The notes: generated by a model from the sequence alone, not told the origin. A DNA stretch of 64,000 nucleotides from an uncultured bacterium (GCA_937903605.1 CALCZC010000025.1:3275-67274); one strand, 5' to 3'; shown: positions 36,513-47,600, numbered from the stretch's first letter. Program-made: numbers and translations.

Positions 36513-38744
36513 ATGGTTTTAGTTTGGAAAAAGATAATTTTAAAAAAGATTGTGCCCGGTTTATATTCTATAGCCGGGCCTTTTATTATTGCTTATTGTT
36601 GGAATTGGTATCACTTAACCGGTCCGCAAAGGCAGGTGGAATTGTGGTGGTTGACCATGCTTTATACAGGATTGATTTTTTTTGTTTTCTTCTTTTTTAA
36701 AGGACTTTTTCGTTTTTTAACAGTTAAATTCAAATGGCATACTTTTTGGGTAGGCGAATTTGTTATTTATTTAGATGAATTGTTTTTTTTAGGCGCGCTT
36801 GCTTTTCCAGTTTTGTTTTCTAAAACCGAATTATTTAGCTTGTTTTATATTTTTTCAATCTTGGCTTTTATTTTTTTACGATTAGATAATATTTTAGGTA
36901 AACACAAGGAAGATTTGTCTTGGCAAAAAGTCAATAGAATGGTTTTTTTAATGGCGAGTTTTATTTTTACATTAACTGCCGTTTTTCAATTTATTGCATA
37001 TACCTACTATTTGTTTGATAGTAACGCCAAATATCACAATATTGTACTTTTTCGTTCTTTTTCTTTGACGATGTTTTGGTTGGGCGGTTTTTCTTTGGCC
37101 AGTTTATTTTATTTTTACTTGAAAAAAAAGAAACAACTATTTTTGTTTTTTTGGCTAGTTTTATTTACAGCGATTATTTTTTTGGATTTGGTTAATACCG
37201 GAATAGTAAGCAACTCCGGTCTTTATCTTAGTCCGGTAATTTTTGAACATTTTAGTTTTACGGGGTTGAAAATTTTTGCTTTTCCGATAATATCTTCCTT
37301 CGTCGTTTTTTTCTTGTTATTGTTTGTTTCGTCTTTAATTTTTAAGAAAGTGATAAAAGCGCACGAGCAAACCACCAAAAGACATTGGTTGTTTTATAAT
37401 TTTGCATTGCTTTCCATTGCTTTTGCGGCAATTTTTTCTATAAGCTCTTTTTGGAACACTCCGCAAATGATGACTTTCAAGAATTTTTTTGAATTTGATT
37501 CAAATGGAAAATCGGTGTTGTCTGAGGAAATTTTGAAAAAACTTGAAAATTTTGGTTTAAGTTATAAAACAAGCGATTTTTTTGTGATGCGCAAAGATCA
37601 ACCGAAAGAAGAAAAATTGGATTTGAAAATTAAAAAACCGAATATTGTTTTGATATATCTGGAATCTTTTTCCGCGCGTTTAACCGGGCCTTATAATGAA
37701 AAATATAAAGAGGTCACACCAAATCTAAATGATTTTGCACAGCATAAAAATACAACAATTTTTAAAAAAGTCTATAATGCTTCCACACCAACTATAACTG
37801 GATTGATTTCGTCACTCTGTTCTTTCTTGCCACCAACTGGTCATCAGGAAATAGAAAGAGAAAAAATGCTCAAAAGACAATATTTAACCTGTTTACCGGA
37901 AATTTTGAAAAACAACGGTTATCAAAATACTTCTTTTGTCACCGCGGTGAATAAAGAATTTGCCAATAAAAATACAATTTTAGAAAGTATGGGGATAGAT
38001 AAAATTTACGGTCAGGAAGAGTTACAAAAAAAGATAAAGGAAGCACCGAAATCTTGGGGCTATTCTGATCAACAGTTATTTCCTTTTATTTTTGAATTGA
38101 TGCAAGAAAAACAAGAGCCTTTTTTATTGGGATATTCTACGGTTGATACACATCCGCCTTTTAACTTGCCGCAGGATTTAGTGCCTTTTGGAGACGGAAG
38201 CGGTTGGGTTTTAAATACTTTTCACACTACTGACTTTGCTTTTGGTGATTTTTGGAAAAAATTTAAAAATAGTTCTTTTGCGGAAAATACTATTTTGATT
38301 TTGATGGCTGATCACGCTATTTTCCCAGCCGCTTTAGAAAAAAAGTATTTTCCCGATTTTGGTGGTCAAACCACTTTTTATGATGAACTGTTTTTTGGAA
38401 TTTATTTACCAGAAAATACTTTATCAAAAGAAATCGAAGTGTATGGTAGTGGCATTGATTTGGCGCCTACAGTTTTACATTTATTAGATTTATCCGCCCC
38501 CGAATCTTTTGAAGGTTATTCGTTACTTGGAAGTAGAAAAAAATACCCCAATTTGATAGGGATGCACGAGTTTGGGCTTTATTTAAATCAAGAGCTTACC
38601 GACAAAAGTCGACAAGAAAATTTTGCCATGCCAAATGATATAGATTGCGAAAAAATTTCTTCCAGCAACCTTCTAACTTTGTGTGAATTAAAAAAATATT
38701 ACGATTGGAAAAGACAAATGTTAATATCTGGTAGATTGTGGTAA
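36513..38744 (+). CDS. LTA synthase/sulfatase-family membrane protein
   Basis: N-terminal TMs; KPNIVLIYLESF, catalytic Thr region PTITG, DTHPPF, ADH. Confidence 0.85.
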   Translation: MVLVWKKIILKKIVPGLYSIAGPFIIAYCWNWYHLTGPQRQVELWWLTMLYTGLIFFVFFFFKGLFRFLTVKFKWHTFWVGEFVIYLDELFFLGALAFPVLFSKTELFSLFYIFSILAFIFLRLDNILGKHKEDLSWQKVNRMVFLMASFIFTLTAVFQFIAYTYYLFDSNAKYHNIVLFRSFSLTMFWLGGFSLASLFYFYLKKKKQLFLFFWLVLFTAIIFLDLVNTGIVSNSGLYLSPVIFEHFSFTGLKIFAFPIISSFVVFFLLLFVSSLIFKKVIKAHEQTTKRHWLFYNFALLSIAFAAIFSISSFWNTPQMMTFKNFFEFDSNGKSVLSEEILKKLENFGLSYKTSDFFVMRKDQPKEEKLDLKIKKPNIVLIYLESFSARLTGPYNEKYKEVTPNLNDFAQHKNTTIFKKVYNASTPTITGLISSLCSFLPPTGHQEIEREKMLKRQYLTCLPEILKNNGYQNTSFVTAVNKEFANKNTILESMGIDKIYGQEELQKKIKEAPKSWGYSDQQLFPFIFELMQEKQEPFLLGYSTVDTHPPFNLPQDLVPFGDGSGWVLNTFHTTDFAFGDFWKKFKNSSFAENTILILMADHAIFPAALEKKYFPDFGGQTTFYDELFFGIYLPENTLSKEIEVYGSGIDLAPTVLHLLDLSAPESFEGYSLLGSRKKYPNLIGMHEFGLYLNQELTDKSRQENFAMPNDIDCEKISSSNLLTLCELKKYYDWKRQMLISGRLW

Positions 38745-38793
38745 AGCTTCAAAAATATTATAATATTTTGTGTAGATAATTAATTTTAAGATT

Positions 38794-41040
38794 ATGCCTT
38801 ATCAATTACTAACCAAAGAAAATTTGAAAGATTTGATAAAATCTCAGCCAGATAGATTTTTTCATCAAAGCAACGGAGGTGGTTATTTGAATTTGAAAAA
38901 TTTGGATTTAGACGAAGTAGATAATATTGATTTTGGAAAATTGCAAAAATATGCGCAAATTATTCGCGCAATGATTTTTACTACTGTTTCTGCTTCACAA
39001 AACGGACATCCTGGAGGTAGTAGTTCCAAAGTTGAACAATGGTTGGCCTTAACTCTGACTGGCTTAGTGTCTTTTGATCCGCTAAATCCTAAAAACCCTT
39101 CCCGCGATAGAATAGTTTGGAGTGCCGGACATTGCACGCCTTTGTTGTATGCCGGACAAGCGCTTTACTACGAAGCTTTACGTCGAGAGGGGCGACAATT
39201 TTCTCAAGCAGTGATAAAAAATATTTTTCCCGAAGATTTGATACGTTTTCGTCGAATTGACGGACCAAGCGGGCACGCGGAAGGTGTTGTACCTTACAGT
39301 GATTTTTCTGCCGGACCTTCGGGTCATGGATTTTGCGCAGCCGGAGGTATGGCAATAGCGCATAAAAGTTGCGGTTTACCGACCAACGTATATGTATTTA
39401 TGGGGGATGCGGAAAGCGAAGAAGGGATGACATATGAAGCACGTAATGTTTTGTCATCTATTGGAGCGGACAATCTGGTGGTTAGTTTGGATTTTAATAA
39501 ATACGGGTTAGATGGCAAGATAAACGAAGTTATTTCTTCCGATTATCTTACTCACTGGCAAGGCCTAAATTGGAACGTTATTGAAGTTGATGGACATAAT
39601 CTCAAAGAGCTTTATTATGCCTATCGTTTGGCCAAAGAAAAAGTTTTTGCTAATAATTTACCAACTGTTGTTGTTACCCATACTGTAAAAGGAAAAGATT
39701 ATGGATCTCTGCAAGATAGTGAAAAATCTCATGGACAGGTTTTGAACGCAGAAGAATATGTGGCGGCTCTAAATAAATTGGGTTTTAAGATTTCAGGAGA
39801 AAAAGAAAATTCTTTTAAAGATCTGGAAGAAATTTTAGCTGTTTTGAAAGATGAAGATGAAAAATATATTGTGAAAAATTTGGATTTTGGCGCGCAAAAT
39901 ATTTTGTCGGAAAATAAAATATTACAAAAAATGAAAAAAGATTTGTCCGGTCGGTCGTTAATTTCTGCGATTCATCTGAAAAGACCGAAAAAATTACCGC
40001 CAGAGTTGGATTTTAAAGTCGGAGACAACATATCCACCCGTCAAGCTTTCGGTTTATGGCTCAAGTGGGTGATGGAAAATAGCGCCTTTGTTTATGCCGG
40101 AGCCGGGGATTTGGGACGTTCAATAATGACTACAGAAGCGGAAAAAGTTTATGGTTTGATAGACAAAGAAAATCCATTTGGTCGGGGAATAAAATTTGGA
40201 ATTGCAGAAAACAACATGGCGATGATGATGGCTGGTTTGAGTGCTGATATTTTACCCGGCGGTTTTCGACCGATTTCTGTTTTTGGGACATTTGGTTTGT
40301 TTTTAAATATGGCTAGTAACAGTATTCGCTTAGCAACTATAAATAACGCCACACACCCGGAATCTGCTGGATTTTTTATTGCTGTATCATCGCATGATGG
40401 TCCGGATACTGCGCAGGATGGACCGACTCATCAGGGATTGGATAACCTCAGTATTTTTAAAGCTATGCCCGGTATCAAAGTATATAAACCCAATAGTGCA
40501 CCGGAACTCGTGGAAATGTTATTTTCCGCTTTGGAAATTGGCGAGCCGATAGTGTTATCTTTAGCCAGACCTGTTTTCCCGATTACGGAAAATTCATTGC
40601 AGTGTTTGGGTCAAACAAACAACGGAGCTTATGTCTATTATCAAAGCAAAACAAGTAAAAAGAAAAAAGTTGTTTTGGTAGTTTCAGGAATGCAAATTTT
40701 ATTGAATTGCGAAAAAATAAAAGAGCAATTGGAAAAAGACAGTTATGGTGTAAAAATAGTAGCTGTCACTTCACCCGAACTTTTCAAAGAATTGTTGCAA
40801 AACAATCCGGAAAAATCTGCAGGAATTTTATCTGCGCAAGAAAGAGAAATCGCTATTACCATCAACAACGGTTATCCGGAATTTTTGAGCGATTTTATTG
40901 ATGGTTTTGATTTGAATAAACGTATGTTGGGTACAGGTGGCTATTTGAAATCCGGCACAGCGGAAGAAGTTTATGATTATGCCGGATTATCACCGGAAAA
41001 ACTTTATCAAAAGATAAAAAATATTTTGGCTAATGTTTAA
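38794..41040 (+). CDS. tkt: Transketolase
   Basis: GHPGGS, DRIVWSAGH, GDAESEEG TPP motif, GIAENNM, QDGPTHQ. Confidence 0.85.
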   Translation: MPYQLLTKENLKDLIKSQPDRFFHQSNGGGYLNLKNLDLDEVDNIDFGKLQKYAQIIRAMIFTTVSASQNGHPGGSSSKVEQWLALTLTGLVSFDPLNPKNPSRDRIVWSAGHCTPLLYAGQALYYEALRREGRQFSQAVIKNIFPEDLIRFRRIDGPSGHAEGVVPYSDFSAGPSGHGFCAAGGMAIAHKSCGLPTNVYVFMGDAESEEGMTYEARNVLSSIGADNLVVSLDFNKYGLDGKINEVISSDYLTHWQGLNWNVIEVDGHNLKELYYAYRLAKEKVFANNLPTVVVTHTVKGKDYGSLQDSEKSHGQVLNAEEYVAALNKLGFKISGEKENSFKDLEEILAVLKDEDEKYIVKNLDFGAQNILSENKILQKMKKDLSGRSLISAIHLKRPKKLPPELDFKVGDNISTRQAFGLWLKWVMENSAFVYAGAGDLGRSIMTTEAEKVYGLIDKENPFGRGIKFGIAENNMAMMMAGLSADILPGGFRPISVFGTFGLFLNMASNSIRLATINNATHPESAGFFIAVSSHDGPDTAQDGPTHQGLDNLSIFKAMPGIKVYKPNSAPELVEMLFSALEIGEPIVLSLARPVFPITENSLQCLGQTNNGAYVYYQSKTSKKKKVVLVVSGMQILLNCEKIKEQLEKDSYGVKIVAVTSPELFKELLQNNPEKSAGILSAQEREIAITINNGYPEFLSDFIDGFDLNKRMLGTGGYLKSGTAEEVYDYAGLSPEKLYQKIKNILANV

Positions 41041-41043
41041 TTT

Positions 41044-42084
41044 ATGTTCTTGGAAGAGATTTTAAAAAACGAACCAAAATATAAAATAGATCAAATTTGG
41101 CAGGGTAAATTTAACCCTGCTTTGAATTCGTTTGCGGAAATTACCACTTTGTCCAAAGATTTGCGAGAAAAAATCAAAGATTTTCCATGGCTTTCTGTAA
41201 AGCAGATTTTATTACAAAAAAGTAAATCTGATAATACACAAAAAGCTTTACTTGAATTATCCGACGGTCAAACTATAGAAACCGTATTGATGAGTAGAAT
41301 CAACAAACGAGAAACTCGCGAAGACGATTTTCGTAATACGATTTGTTTATCCACTCAAGTCGGTTGTGCGATGAATTGCGCTTTTTGCGCTACCGGCAAA
41401 ATGGGATTCAAACGCAATTTGACCGTGGATGAACTGGTAGATCAATATCGTTTTTGGCAAAAATATTTATTACAAAACGGCGGGGGAGAAGTGGATAATA
41501 TTGTCCTCATGGGACAAGGTGAACCACTACTAAATTATGAAAATGTCAAAGAAGCATTAAATTTATTTATCAAGTATGGGGAGATAGGGCAAAGCAAAAT
41601 CACCATGTCTACCTGCGGGATAATCCCGGGGATGAAAAAGATGATTGAAGACAAAGATTTTCCTCCGGTTCGTTTTGCGCTTTCATTGCACAGTGCTATT
41701 GATGATGTTAGAAAAAAATTGATGCCAAGCCACACGGATAATTTCTTTGAATTTTTGATAGATTGGTCCAAACAATATCATGCTAAATTCACTTCGCGCA
41801 CTCAGTTTATCGGTTTGGAATATGCTTTTCTTGCCGGCATAAACGATGATGATAAAAATCTCAAAGCTCTTATTAAGTTGGCAAGTAAACTTGGCCGAGT
41901 CAGAATTAATTTGATTCCGTACAACGACACCACGGGAATATTTGTTGGCTCTGATATGGAAATTTTAAAAAAATGGCAGAAGAAATTGATGGAAAGCGGG
42001 TTCACGGTAACTATCCGTTTGTCGCAAGGACAAGATATTGCGGCGGCTTGCGGACAATTGAGCAATAAAGCTAGAAAGCAGTAA
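41044..42084 (+). CDS. rlmN: 23S rRNA/tRNA methyltransferase RlmN (radical SAM)
   Basis: CLSTQVGCAMNCAFCATG, MGQGEPL, DIAAACGQL. Confidence 0.93.
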   Translation: MFLEEILKNEPKYKIDQIWQGKFNPALNSFAEITTLSKDLREKIKDFPWLSVKQILLQKSKSDNTQKALLELSDGQTIETVLMSRINKRETREDDFRNTICLSTQVGCAMNCAFCATGKMGFKRNLTVDELVDQYRFWQKYLLQNGGGEVDNIVLMGQGEPLLNYENVKEALNLFIKYGEIGQSKITMSTCGIIPGMKKMIEDKDFPPVRFALSLHSAIDDVRKKLMPSHTDNFFEFLIDWSKQYHAKFTSRTQFIGLEYAFLAGINDDDKNLKALIKLASKLGRVRINLIPYNDTTGIFVGSDMEILKKWQKKLMESGFTVTIRLSQGQDIAAACGQLSNKARKQ

Positions 42085-42100
42085 AACTGTAAAGTAAATT

Positions 42101-42130
42101 AAAAAAGCTCTCGCATTGGATAGCGAGAGC
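42101..42130 (-). terminator. Intrinsic terminator for the small minus-strand ORF
   Basis: GCTCTCGC-8 nt-GCGAGAGC with A6 on the left (U tract on the minus strand). Confidence 0.75.
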
Positions 42131-42138
42131 GTTATTGT

Positions 42139-42339
42139 CTAAACAGTGGAATTAACAGCTTTGACATCAAACGCGTGTATGGGCTTTTCAAAGCCTTCGA
42201 GTTTCAACATCAAAACATCGGTGTTGTGAGGACCTCCTCCACTAGGGGAAGTGAAGAAGTAATCTTTCACAACAACTTCTTTTCCTTCATAAAGAACTTT
42301 TTTGCCTTTTTCAATGAAGCTCGGTACGTGTCCGCTCAT
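42139..42339 (-). CDS. Small hypothetical protein (66 aa), SD-led stand-alone gene
   Basis: GGAGG-ATCCC-ATG at 42339; own promoter TTGACA(42402)-17 nt-TTAAAT and own terminator. Confidence 0.7.
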   Translation of the reverse strand: MSGHVPSFIEKGKKVLYEGKEVVVKDYFFTSPSGGGPHNTDVLMLKLEGFEKPIHAFDVKAVNSTV

Positions 42340-42448
42340 GGGATCCTCCGTCAAAAATGAATATAATGCTTTTATTTAAGCACCAAAAATCGTTTTTGTC
42401 AATCTTTTAATCTTTTTAATCTTTAAATCTTTGTAATCTTTAAATAAT

Positions 42449-42476
42449 AAAAAAGTTCGCTTTTGCGAACTTTTTT
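42449..42476 (-). terminator. Intrinsic terminator
   Basis: AAAAAAGTTCGC-TTTT-GCGAACTTTTTT at the end of the sugar transferase gene. Confidence 0.8.
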
Positions 42477-43854
42477 ATCTCCCCATCATCTTGAGCACTA
42501 CGGCCACGGTTTTGAGCATAATCATCAGATCCAGAGTCGGGGAGCGGTGTTTGATGTAGTATAAATCGTATTCTAGTTTTTTGAGATTTTCTTCAATATT
42601 GCCATAATAAGAATTTTGTAATTGTGCCCAGCCGGTAAGTCCGGGTTTGGTCAGATGGCGTAAACGATAATAAGGCATGGCATTTACAAGTTCAGCGACA
42701 AACTCTGGTCGTTCCGGTCGCGGACCGATGAATGACATTTCGTTTTTGAGAATATTGATAAACTGCGGGATTTCATCCAATCGAGTGGCGCGCATTATTT
42801 TCCCCAAAATAGTGATGCGGTCGTCTTTTTGTTGTGCAAATTGCGGACCATGAGTTTCAGCACTACCATCAGCGCTGAGCGCGCGCATAGTGCGATATTT
42901 ATACATTTTGAAAGGTTTGCCGAGCAATCCGGTTCTGGTTTGAGTGAAAAATATAGGCCCTTGTGATGTAATTTTGATGAGCAGAGCCAAAACAGGGAAG
43001 GTGATGATAAAAAATAGACCCATAAATAATCCGGCGATATAATCAAAAATTATTTTTACTCGATCGTAAACTTTTTTCTCTTGCTCGGGCAGATTGTTTA
43101 AAAACCAATTTTCCGAAAAAACAAAAGGCGGTAGTCTACCAAACATTTTTTCATAAATATCATTTAAACTAACAACGCTTTTGCCGGAAAAAAACTCGGC
43201 ATAAACTTCTCTGGCCAGATTTTCGTCGCCGGTAATTTGAGGCGATAAAATTATCAAATCGCAATTTACATTACTTTGTTTTAAGTTTTCAAAAGTTTTA
43301 AAAAGAGGATAAGAACGAAGATTTTCCGGTAAAATAATATTTTCATTTTTTTCCAAAAAACCGCAAAGCACAAAACCTCTTTCCGGTTCTCTAACAAAAA
43401 GATTTGCTAATTCCAGAGATTCGCAAGTGACACCAATAATTAAAACTCTGGTCTTCAAAATATTTTTAGCCAAATATCGCAAATGAAAATATCGCCACAA
43501 AACGGAAAAAAGAGCGTAAAAAATGGCGGTTAAAAATAAAATAGTTTTTGGACTACCTATTGGGCTTTGTTGAAAATAAAAATAAGCAAATCCCAGAAAC
43601 ATCCAGAGCATAGTGGAAATAATAGAGTTTTGGATCAATTCGCCAAAACTTTTCTTTTTGCTCACATCATACAGACTGGCGATATAAAAAATAACCACTG
43701 ACATTAAAAATAAGGGTAAAAAACTGTCCAAAAGTAAGTTAAATCGATGTAAAGGAAATTCTAGATAACGTATGGCTAAAGCAAAAAATAAGCTTAAATA
43801 AAGCCAAAAAAAGTCACCAAGTAAAATAATTAGTTGTTTAAAACGATAAAGCAT
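42475..43854 (-). CDS. Polyprenyl-phosphate sugar phosphotransferase (WcaJ/WbaP family)
   Basis: FKMYKYRTM, DDRIT, RLDEIPQFINILKNEMSFIGPRPERP, KPGLTGWAQ, DLYYI. Confidence 0.92.
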   Translation of the reverse strand: MLYRFKQLIILLGDFFWLYLSLFFALAIRYLEFPLHRFNLLLDSFLPLFLMSVVIFYIASLYDVSKKKSFGELIQNSIISTMLWMFLGFAYFYFQQSPIGSPKTILFLTAIFYALFSVLWRYFHLRYLAKNILKTRVLIIGVTCESLELANLFVREPERGFVLCGFLEKNENIILPENLRSYPLFKTFENLKQSNVNCDLIILSPQITGDENLAREVYAEFFSGKSVVSLNDIYEKMFGRLPPFVFSENWFLNNLPEQEKKVYDRVKIIFDYIAGLFMGLFFIITFPVLALLIKITSQGPIFFTQTRTGLLGKPFKMYKYRTMRALSADGSAETHGPQFAQQKDDRITILGKIMRATRLDEIPQFINILKNEMSFIGPRPERPEFVAELVNAMPYYRLRHLTKPGLTGWAQLQNSYYGNIEENLKKLEYDLYYIKHRSPTLDLMIMLKTVAVVLKMMGR

Positions 43855-43906
43855 AAAACCAGTTGTTTTCTCTTTATTTTTTTGTTATAATAAGGGGGTC
43901 AAAACT

Positions 43907-45880
43907 ATGTTTCAATTTTATCCCAATTTATCAAAAAAATCAATTGTGGCCATTTTTTTGGCTAGTTTTGTATTATTGCAACCAATAGCAGTTTTGGCTT
44001 TGGAACCAAATGATCTTTTTTATTCTCAGCAAGCAAAAATTTGGCAACAGATAAAAGCGCCACAAGCGTGGGACCTAACTACCGGAAATAAAAAAATAGT
44101 AGTTGCGGTTATAGATATTGGAGTTGACACTTGGCACCCGGATTTATATCAGAATATTTGGGCAAACCCTAACGAAATAGAAGGTAATGGCTTTGATGAC
44201 GATGGAAATGGCTATATTGATGATATCAACGGATGGAATTTTGTAGAAGAAAATAACGATCCCCGGGTGAGCGTAATGGAAAAAAATTTAGATAAAGATG
44301 CTATTTCGCATGGCACTATTGTTTCTGGAATAATTGGAGCGGTAGGTAATAATAGACAGGGTGCTGCCGGATTAAACTGGGATGTCAGTATTATGGCGTT
44401 ACGAGCTATCAATAATAACGGTGTGGGTTCATATAGTAACATAGCTCGGGCGATAAACTATGCCATAGATAATGGAGCAAACATCATTAATTTGAGTTTT
44501 GTAGGCAATGATCCGGACGAAGAATTCAAAAAAGTTTTGAAAAATGCCTATAGCAGAGGAATTTTTATTGTAAGTGCGGCTGGCAATTCTGGTCACATTA
44601 TTTATCAAGACGGAAAAGAAAAATTTAGTTATCCGGCTTGTTATGATGTGGGAGAAGAAAATTGGATCATGGGAGTTTCTTCGGTCGATAGTAAAGATGC
44701 TATGAGTTATTTTTCAGCCTATGGAAAATGTGTTGATATTTTGGCACCAGGAGAGGGTATATATAGTTTACAGAGATTTTCACCACAGTATGATTTTTTT
44801 GAAGAAGTCGGCGGACCTTGGCAAGGCACTTCTTTTTCCACCGCTTTTATTTCCGGTGCTGCTGCCTTGATTAAAAGTTTACATCCCGAATGGACTCCGG
44901 CCCAAATCAGAGACAATCTCATTCAAACCGCGGACGATTTATTTTTTGATATCAATGGTTCAGGTTCGCGTTTATACAAAAGATTAAATGTCGGCAGAGC
45001 CGTAGAAATAGCCAACCAATCAAAGGTGGGCTTGGATAATTTGGACGGATTTTATTTTTATCGTAATGGAAAAAACAATAACGCTGAAATTTTGAGATAT
45101 GATTTAGGCAAGAGAGAAACAACCTCCACGATTCGATTAGCAGGTAAAATAGTAGCGCTATCCTCTAAAGATATTGATAACGACGGGAGTAAAGAATCGA
45201 TTATTGTCCTACAACAAGGTAGTACTTTTTCGCTGAAAGCTTATACTCAAAAAGGAGTGTTGGTTAGAGATTTTGTATTAGCCAAAAATGTTAAAGACCA
45301 TGAAATTTACGGAGTTAAATTTGATTTGGATGGAAATAAACAAATAGATTTTGTGGTTGCTAAATATTATCCGGCTCAAAAAGTGACTAAGTTTGTCAAA
45401 TACAATTGGCACGGTAAATATTTAAATGAATTTGGATTGGTGGGTAAGGTGGTTGGTTGGGAAACGAACAATATGTTTTTATATGCAGCTACTCTGGTAA
45501 ACAGAAATTTATTTATTCGAGAAATAGACTGGGGTGGAAATATTATTTCAGAAATAAAATTTTCCAATATTTTTGGAGTCGATTCTTTTAAGGTTGGTCA
45601 TGTAGATAGCCTGAAAAGTGATCAAATTGTGTTTATAGCCCGTAAAAAAGAAGATACAGAATTGTATACGGTTGATTGGAATAGTTTGAGTTTTTATCGT
45701 AAAAAAATAGAAAATAAAATTCAAAAACAATATTTACTTTTGGGTAAATACCAAGATGATTTATTGCAAAATATATTTATATTTAATTTGAAAAAAGGGG
45801 AATACAACATTCAAAATTCTCAAGGAAAAATTTTAAAAACTTATACTTTGCCCGATATTATCGGCTCAGTTGAACAATAA
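43907..45880 (+). CDS. Secreted S8 subtilisin-like serine peptidase with C-terminal repeat domain
   Basis: VAVIDIG, HGTIVSG, AAGN, GTSFS triad motifs; signal peptide. Confidence 0.9.
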   Translation: MFQFYPNLSKKSIVAIFLASFVLLQPIAVLALEPNDLFYSQQAKIWQQIKAPQAWDLTTGNKKIVVAVIDIGVDTWHPDLYQNIWANPNEIEGNGFDDDGNGYIDDINGWNFVEENNDPRVSVMEKNLDKDAISHGTIVSGIIGAVGNNRQGAAGLNWDVSIMALRAINNNGVGSYSNIARAINYAIDNGANIINLSFVGNDPDEEFKKVLKNAYSRGIFIVSAAGNSGHIIYQDGKEKFSYPACYDVGEENWIMGVSSVDSKDAMSYFSAYGKCVDILAPGEGIYSLQRFSPQYDFFEEVGGPWQGTSFSTAFISGAAALIKSLHPEWTPAQIRDNLIQTADDLFFDINGSGSRLYKRLNVGRAVEIANQSKVGLDNLDGFYFYRNGKNNNAEILRYDLGKRETTSTIRLAGKIVALSSKDIDNDGSKESIIVLQQGSTFSLKAYTQKGVLVRDFVLAKNVKDHEIYGVKFDLDGNKQIDFVVAKYYPAQKVTKFVKYNWHGKYLNEFGLVGKVVGWETNNMFLYAATLVNRNLFIREIDWGGNIISEIKFSNIFGVDSFKVGHVDSLKSDQIVFIARKKEDTELYTVDWNSLSFYRKKIENKIQKQYLLLGKYQDDLLQNIFIFNLKKGEYNIQNSQGKILKTYTLPDIIGSVEQ

Positions 45881-45885
45881 AAAAT

Positions 45886-46908
45886 ATGGAAAATGTCATT
45901 TTTGAAAAGAAAAATATTTTAGTGACCGGCGGCGCCGGTTTCATCGGTTCGCATTTGTGTGAACGATTACTCAAAGAAGGTAATGTAATTTGTTTGGATG
46001 ATTTTAGTAATTCTGATCCGCAAAATATTAACCACCTTTTGCAATACCCGGATTTTGAATTTATCAACTGGGATATCAATAATCCGATAAATTTGGAAGA
46101 TTTTGATGAGCTCAATAAATTCAAAATAAAATTTCAAGGTATTCAAGAAATTTATCATTTGGCTTGTCCGACCAGTCCCAAAGATTTTGAAAAACTCAAA
46201 ATTCATTCTCTGCATGCCAATTCTACTGCCGTGATAAACACCTTGGAATTAGCGGTAAAATATAAAGCCAAATATGTCCTTGGCGGCAGTTCAGTGGTTT
46301 ATGGTGATGCCACTGATGAAAGAATCATGTTTAAAGAAAGTGATTTGGGTATAGTCAATCAATTATCTGCACGTGCTTGTTATGATGAAGGTAAACGCTT
46401 TGCAGAAACTTGTGTACAAACCTACCGTGATTTTTATGGTATAGATGCCAAAATTGCTAGAATTTTTACAGCATATGGACCCAAGATGCATTTATTTCAG
46501 GGTCTTTTAATTCCGGATTTTATAATTAATGCTTTGGATAATAAAGATGTAATTATTTTTGGCGATGAAAAACTATCAACTTCGCTTTGTTATGTTTCGG
46601 ACATAGTTACCGGAATATGCAATTTGATGTCTTCTGATCCGGAAGTAAAAGTTGTTAATTTGGGTTCGGAAGACATGTATACATTTACTCAGGTGGCGGA
46701 AATGATCATCAAAATGACCGGCTCAAAATCAAAGATAGTCTACGACAAACCTCTTTTATTTTTGACACGAAAAGGAGCTCCGGATTTAAAATATACCAAA
46801 AAAACCCTAGGTTGGATGCCATTGGTTAGACTAGAAGATGGTTTAGAAAAAACTATAGAATATGTGACAGCCAACAAGGAGGCTTTACTTTATAGTAATA
46901 ATAAATAA
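45886..46908 (+). CDS. NAD-dependent epimerase/dehydratase, UDP-glucuronate decarboxylase-like
   Basis: TGGAGFIGSHL, IYHLACPTSP, RACYDEGKRFAET. Confidence 0.9.
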   Translation: MENVIFEKKNILVTGGAGFIGSHLCERLLKEGNVICLDDFSNSDPQNINHLLQYPDFEFINWDINNPINLEDFDELNKFKIKFQGIQEIYHLACPTSPKDFEKLKIHSLHANSTAVINTLELAVKYKAKYVLGGSSVVYGDATDERIMFKESDLGIVNQLSARACYDEGKRFAETCVQTYRDFYGIDAKIARIFTAYGPKMHLFQGLLIPDFIINALDNKDVIIFGDEKLSTSLCYVSDIVTGICNLMSSDPEVKVVNLGSEDMYTFTQVAEMIIKMTGSKSKIVYDKPLLFLTRKGAPDLKYTKKTLGWMPLVRLEDGLEKTIEYVTANKEALLYSNNK

Positions 46909-46933
46909 GCCCATAAGCGGGTTATTAATAATT

Positions 46934-47596
46934 ATGACTTGGATAGTTGTTCCGGCCTTTAACGAAGAAAAAAATATTAAAAAAACAATTTTGGGTCTTT
47001 TGGAAAACGGCTATAGAAATATAGTTGTGATTGATGATGGTTCAATGGATAACACGGCTGGTTTAGCAAAAGAAACCGGGATAAAGGTGATCTCACATCT
47101 TATCAATCGCGGTCAAGGCGCGTCTTTGCAAACCGGTCATGAATATGTTTTGAAAGCCGGAGCCGAAATCATAGTTGATTTTGATGCAGACGGACAGTTT
47201 GATCCTATGGATATTTCTTCCGCAATTGAAAAACTGAAACAGGAAAACCTGGATGTGGTATTGGGCTCGCGTTTTTTGGATGATCGTTCACAAATGCCTT
47301 TTTCTAAAAAATATTTTATTTTACCGTTCGCTAGGTTTATTAATAGATTTTGTACCGGTATAAAATTAACGGATGTTCATAACGGTTTTCGCGTTTTTAC
47401 TCGTAAAGCCTTGGAAAAGATAGAGATTACTCAGGATAAGATGGCACATAATACGCAAATCGTATCACAAATCAAAAAAAATAAATTTTGTTTTGCCGAA
47501 GTGCCGGTAAAAGTTTCTTATACGAACTACGGTCAGAGATGGTATGGTGGTTTGGAAATAATCAAAGATTTAATTGTTAATTTTTTTATAAAATAA
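46934..47596 (+). CDS. Glycosyltransferase family 2 (DPM synthase-like)
   Basis: VPAFNEE, IDDGS.D, NRGQGA, DADGQ, TDVHNGFR. Confidence 0.9.
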   Translation: MTWIVVPAFNEEKNIKKTILGLLENGYRNIVVIDDGSMDNTAGLAKETGIKVISHLINRGQGASLQTGHEYVLKAGAEIIVDFDADGQFDPMDISSAIEKLKQENLDVVLGSRFLDDRSQMPFSKKYFILPFARFINRFCTGIKLTDVHNGFRVFTRKALEKIEITQDKMAHNTQIVSQIKKNKFCFAEVPVKVSYTNYGQRWYGGLEIIKDLIVNFFIK

Positions 47597-47600
47597 ATTT

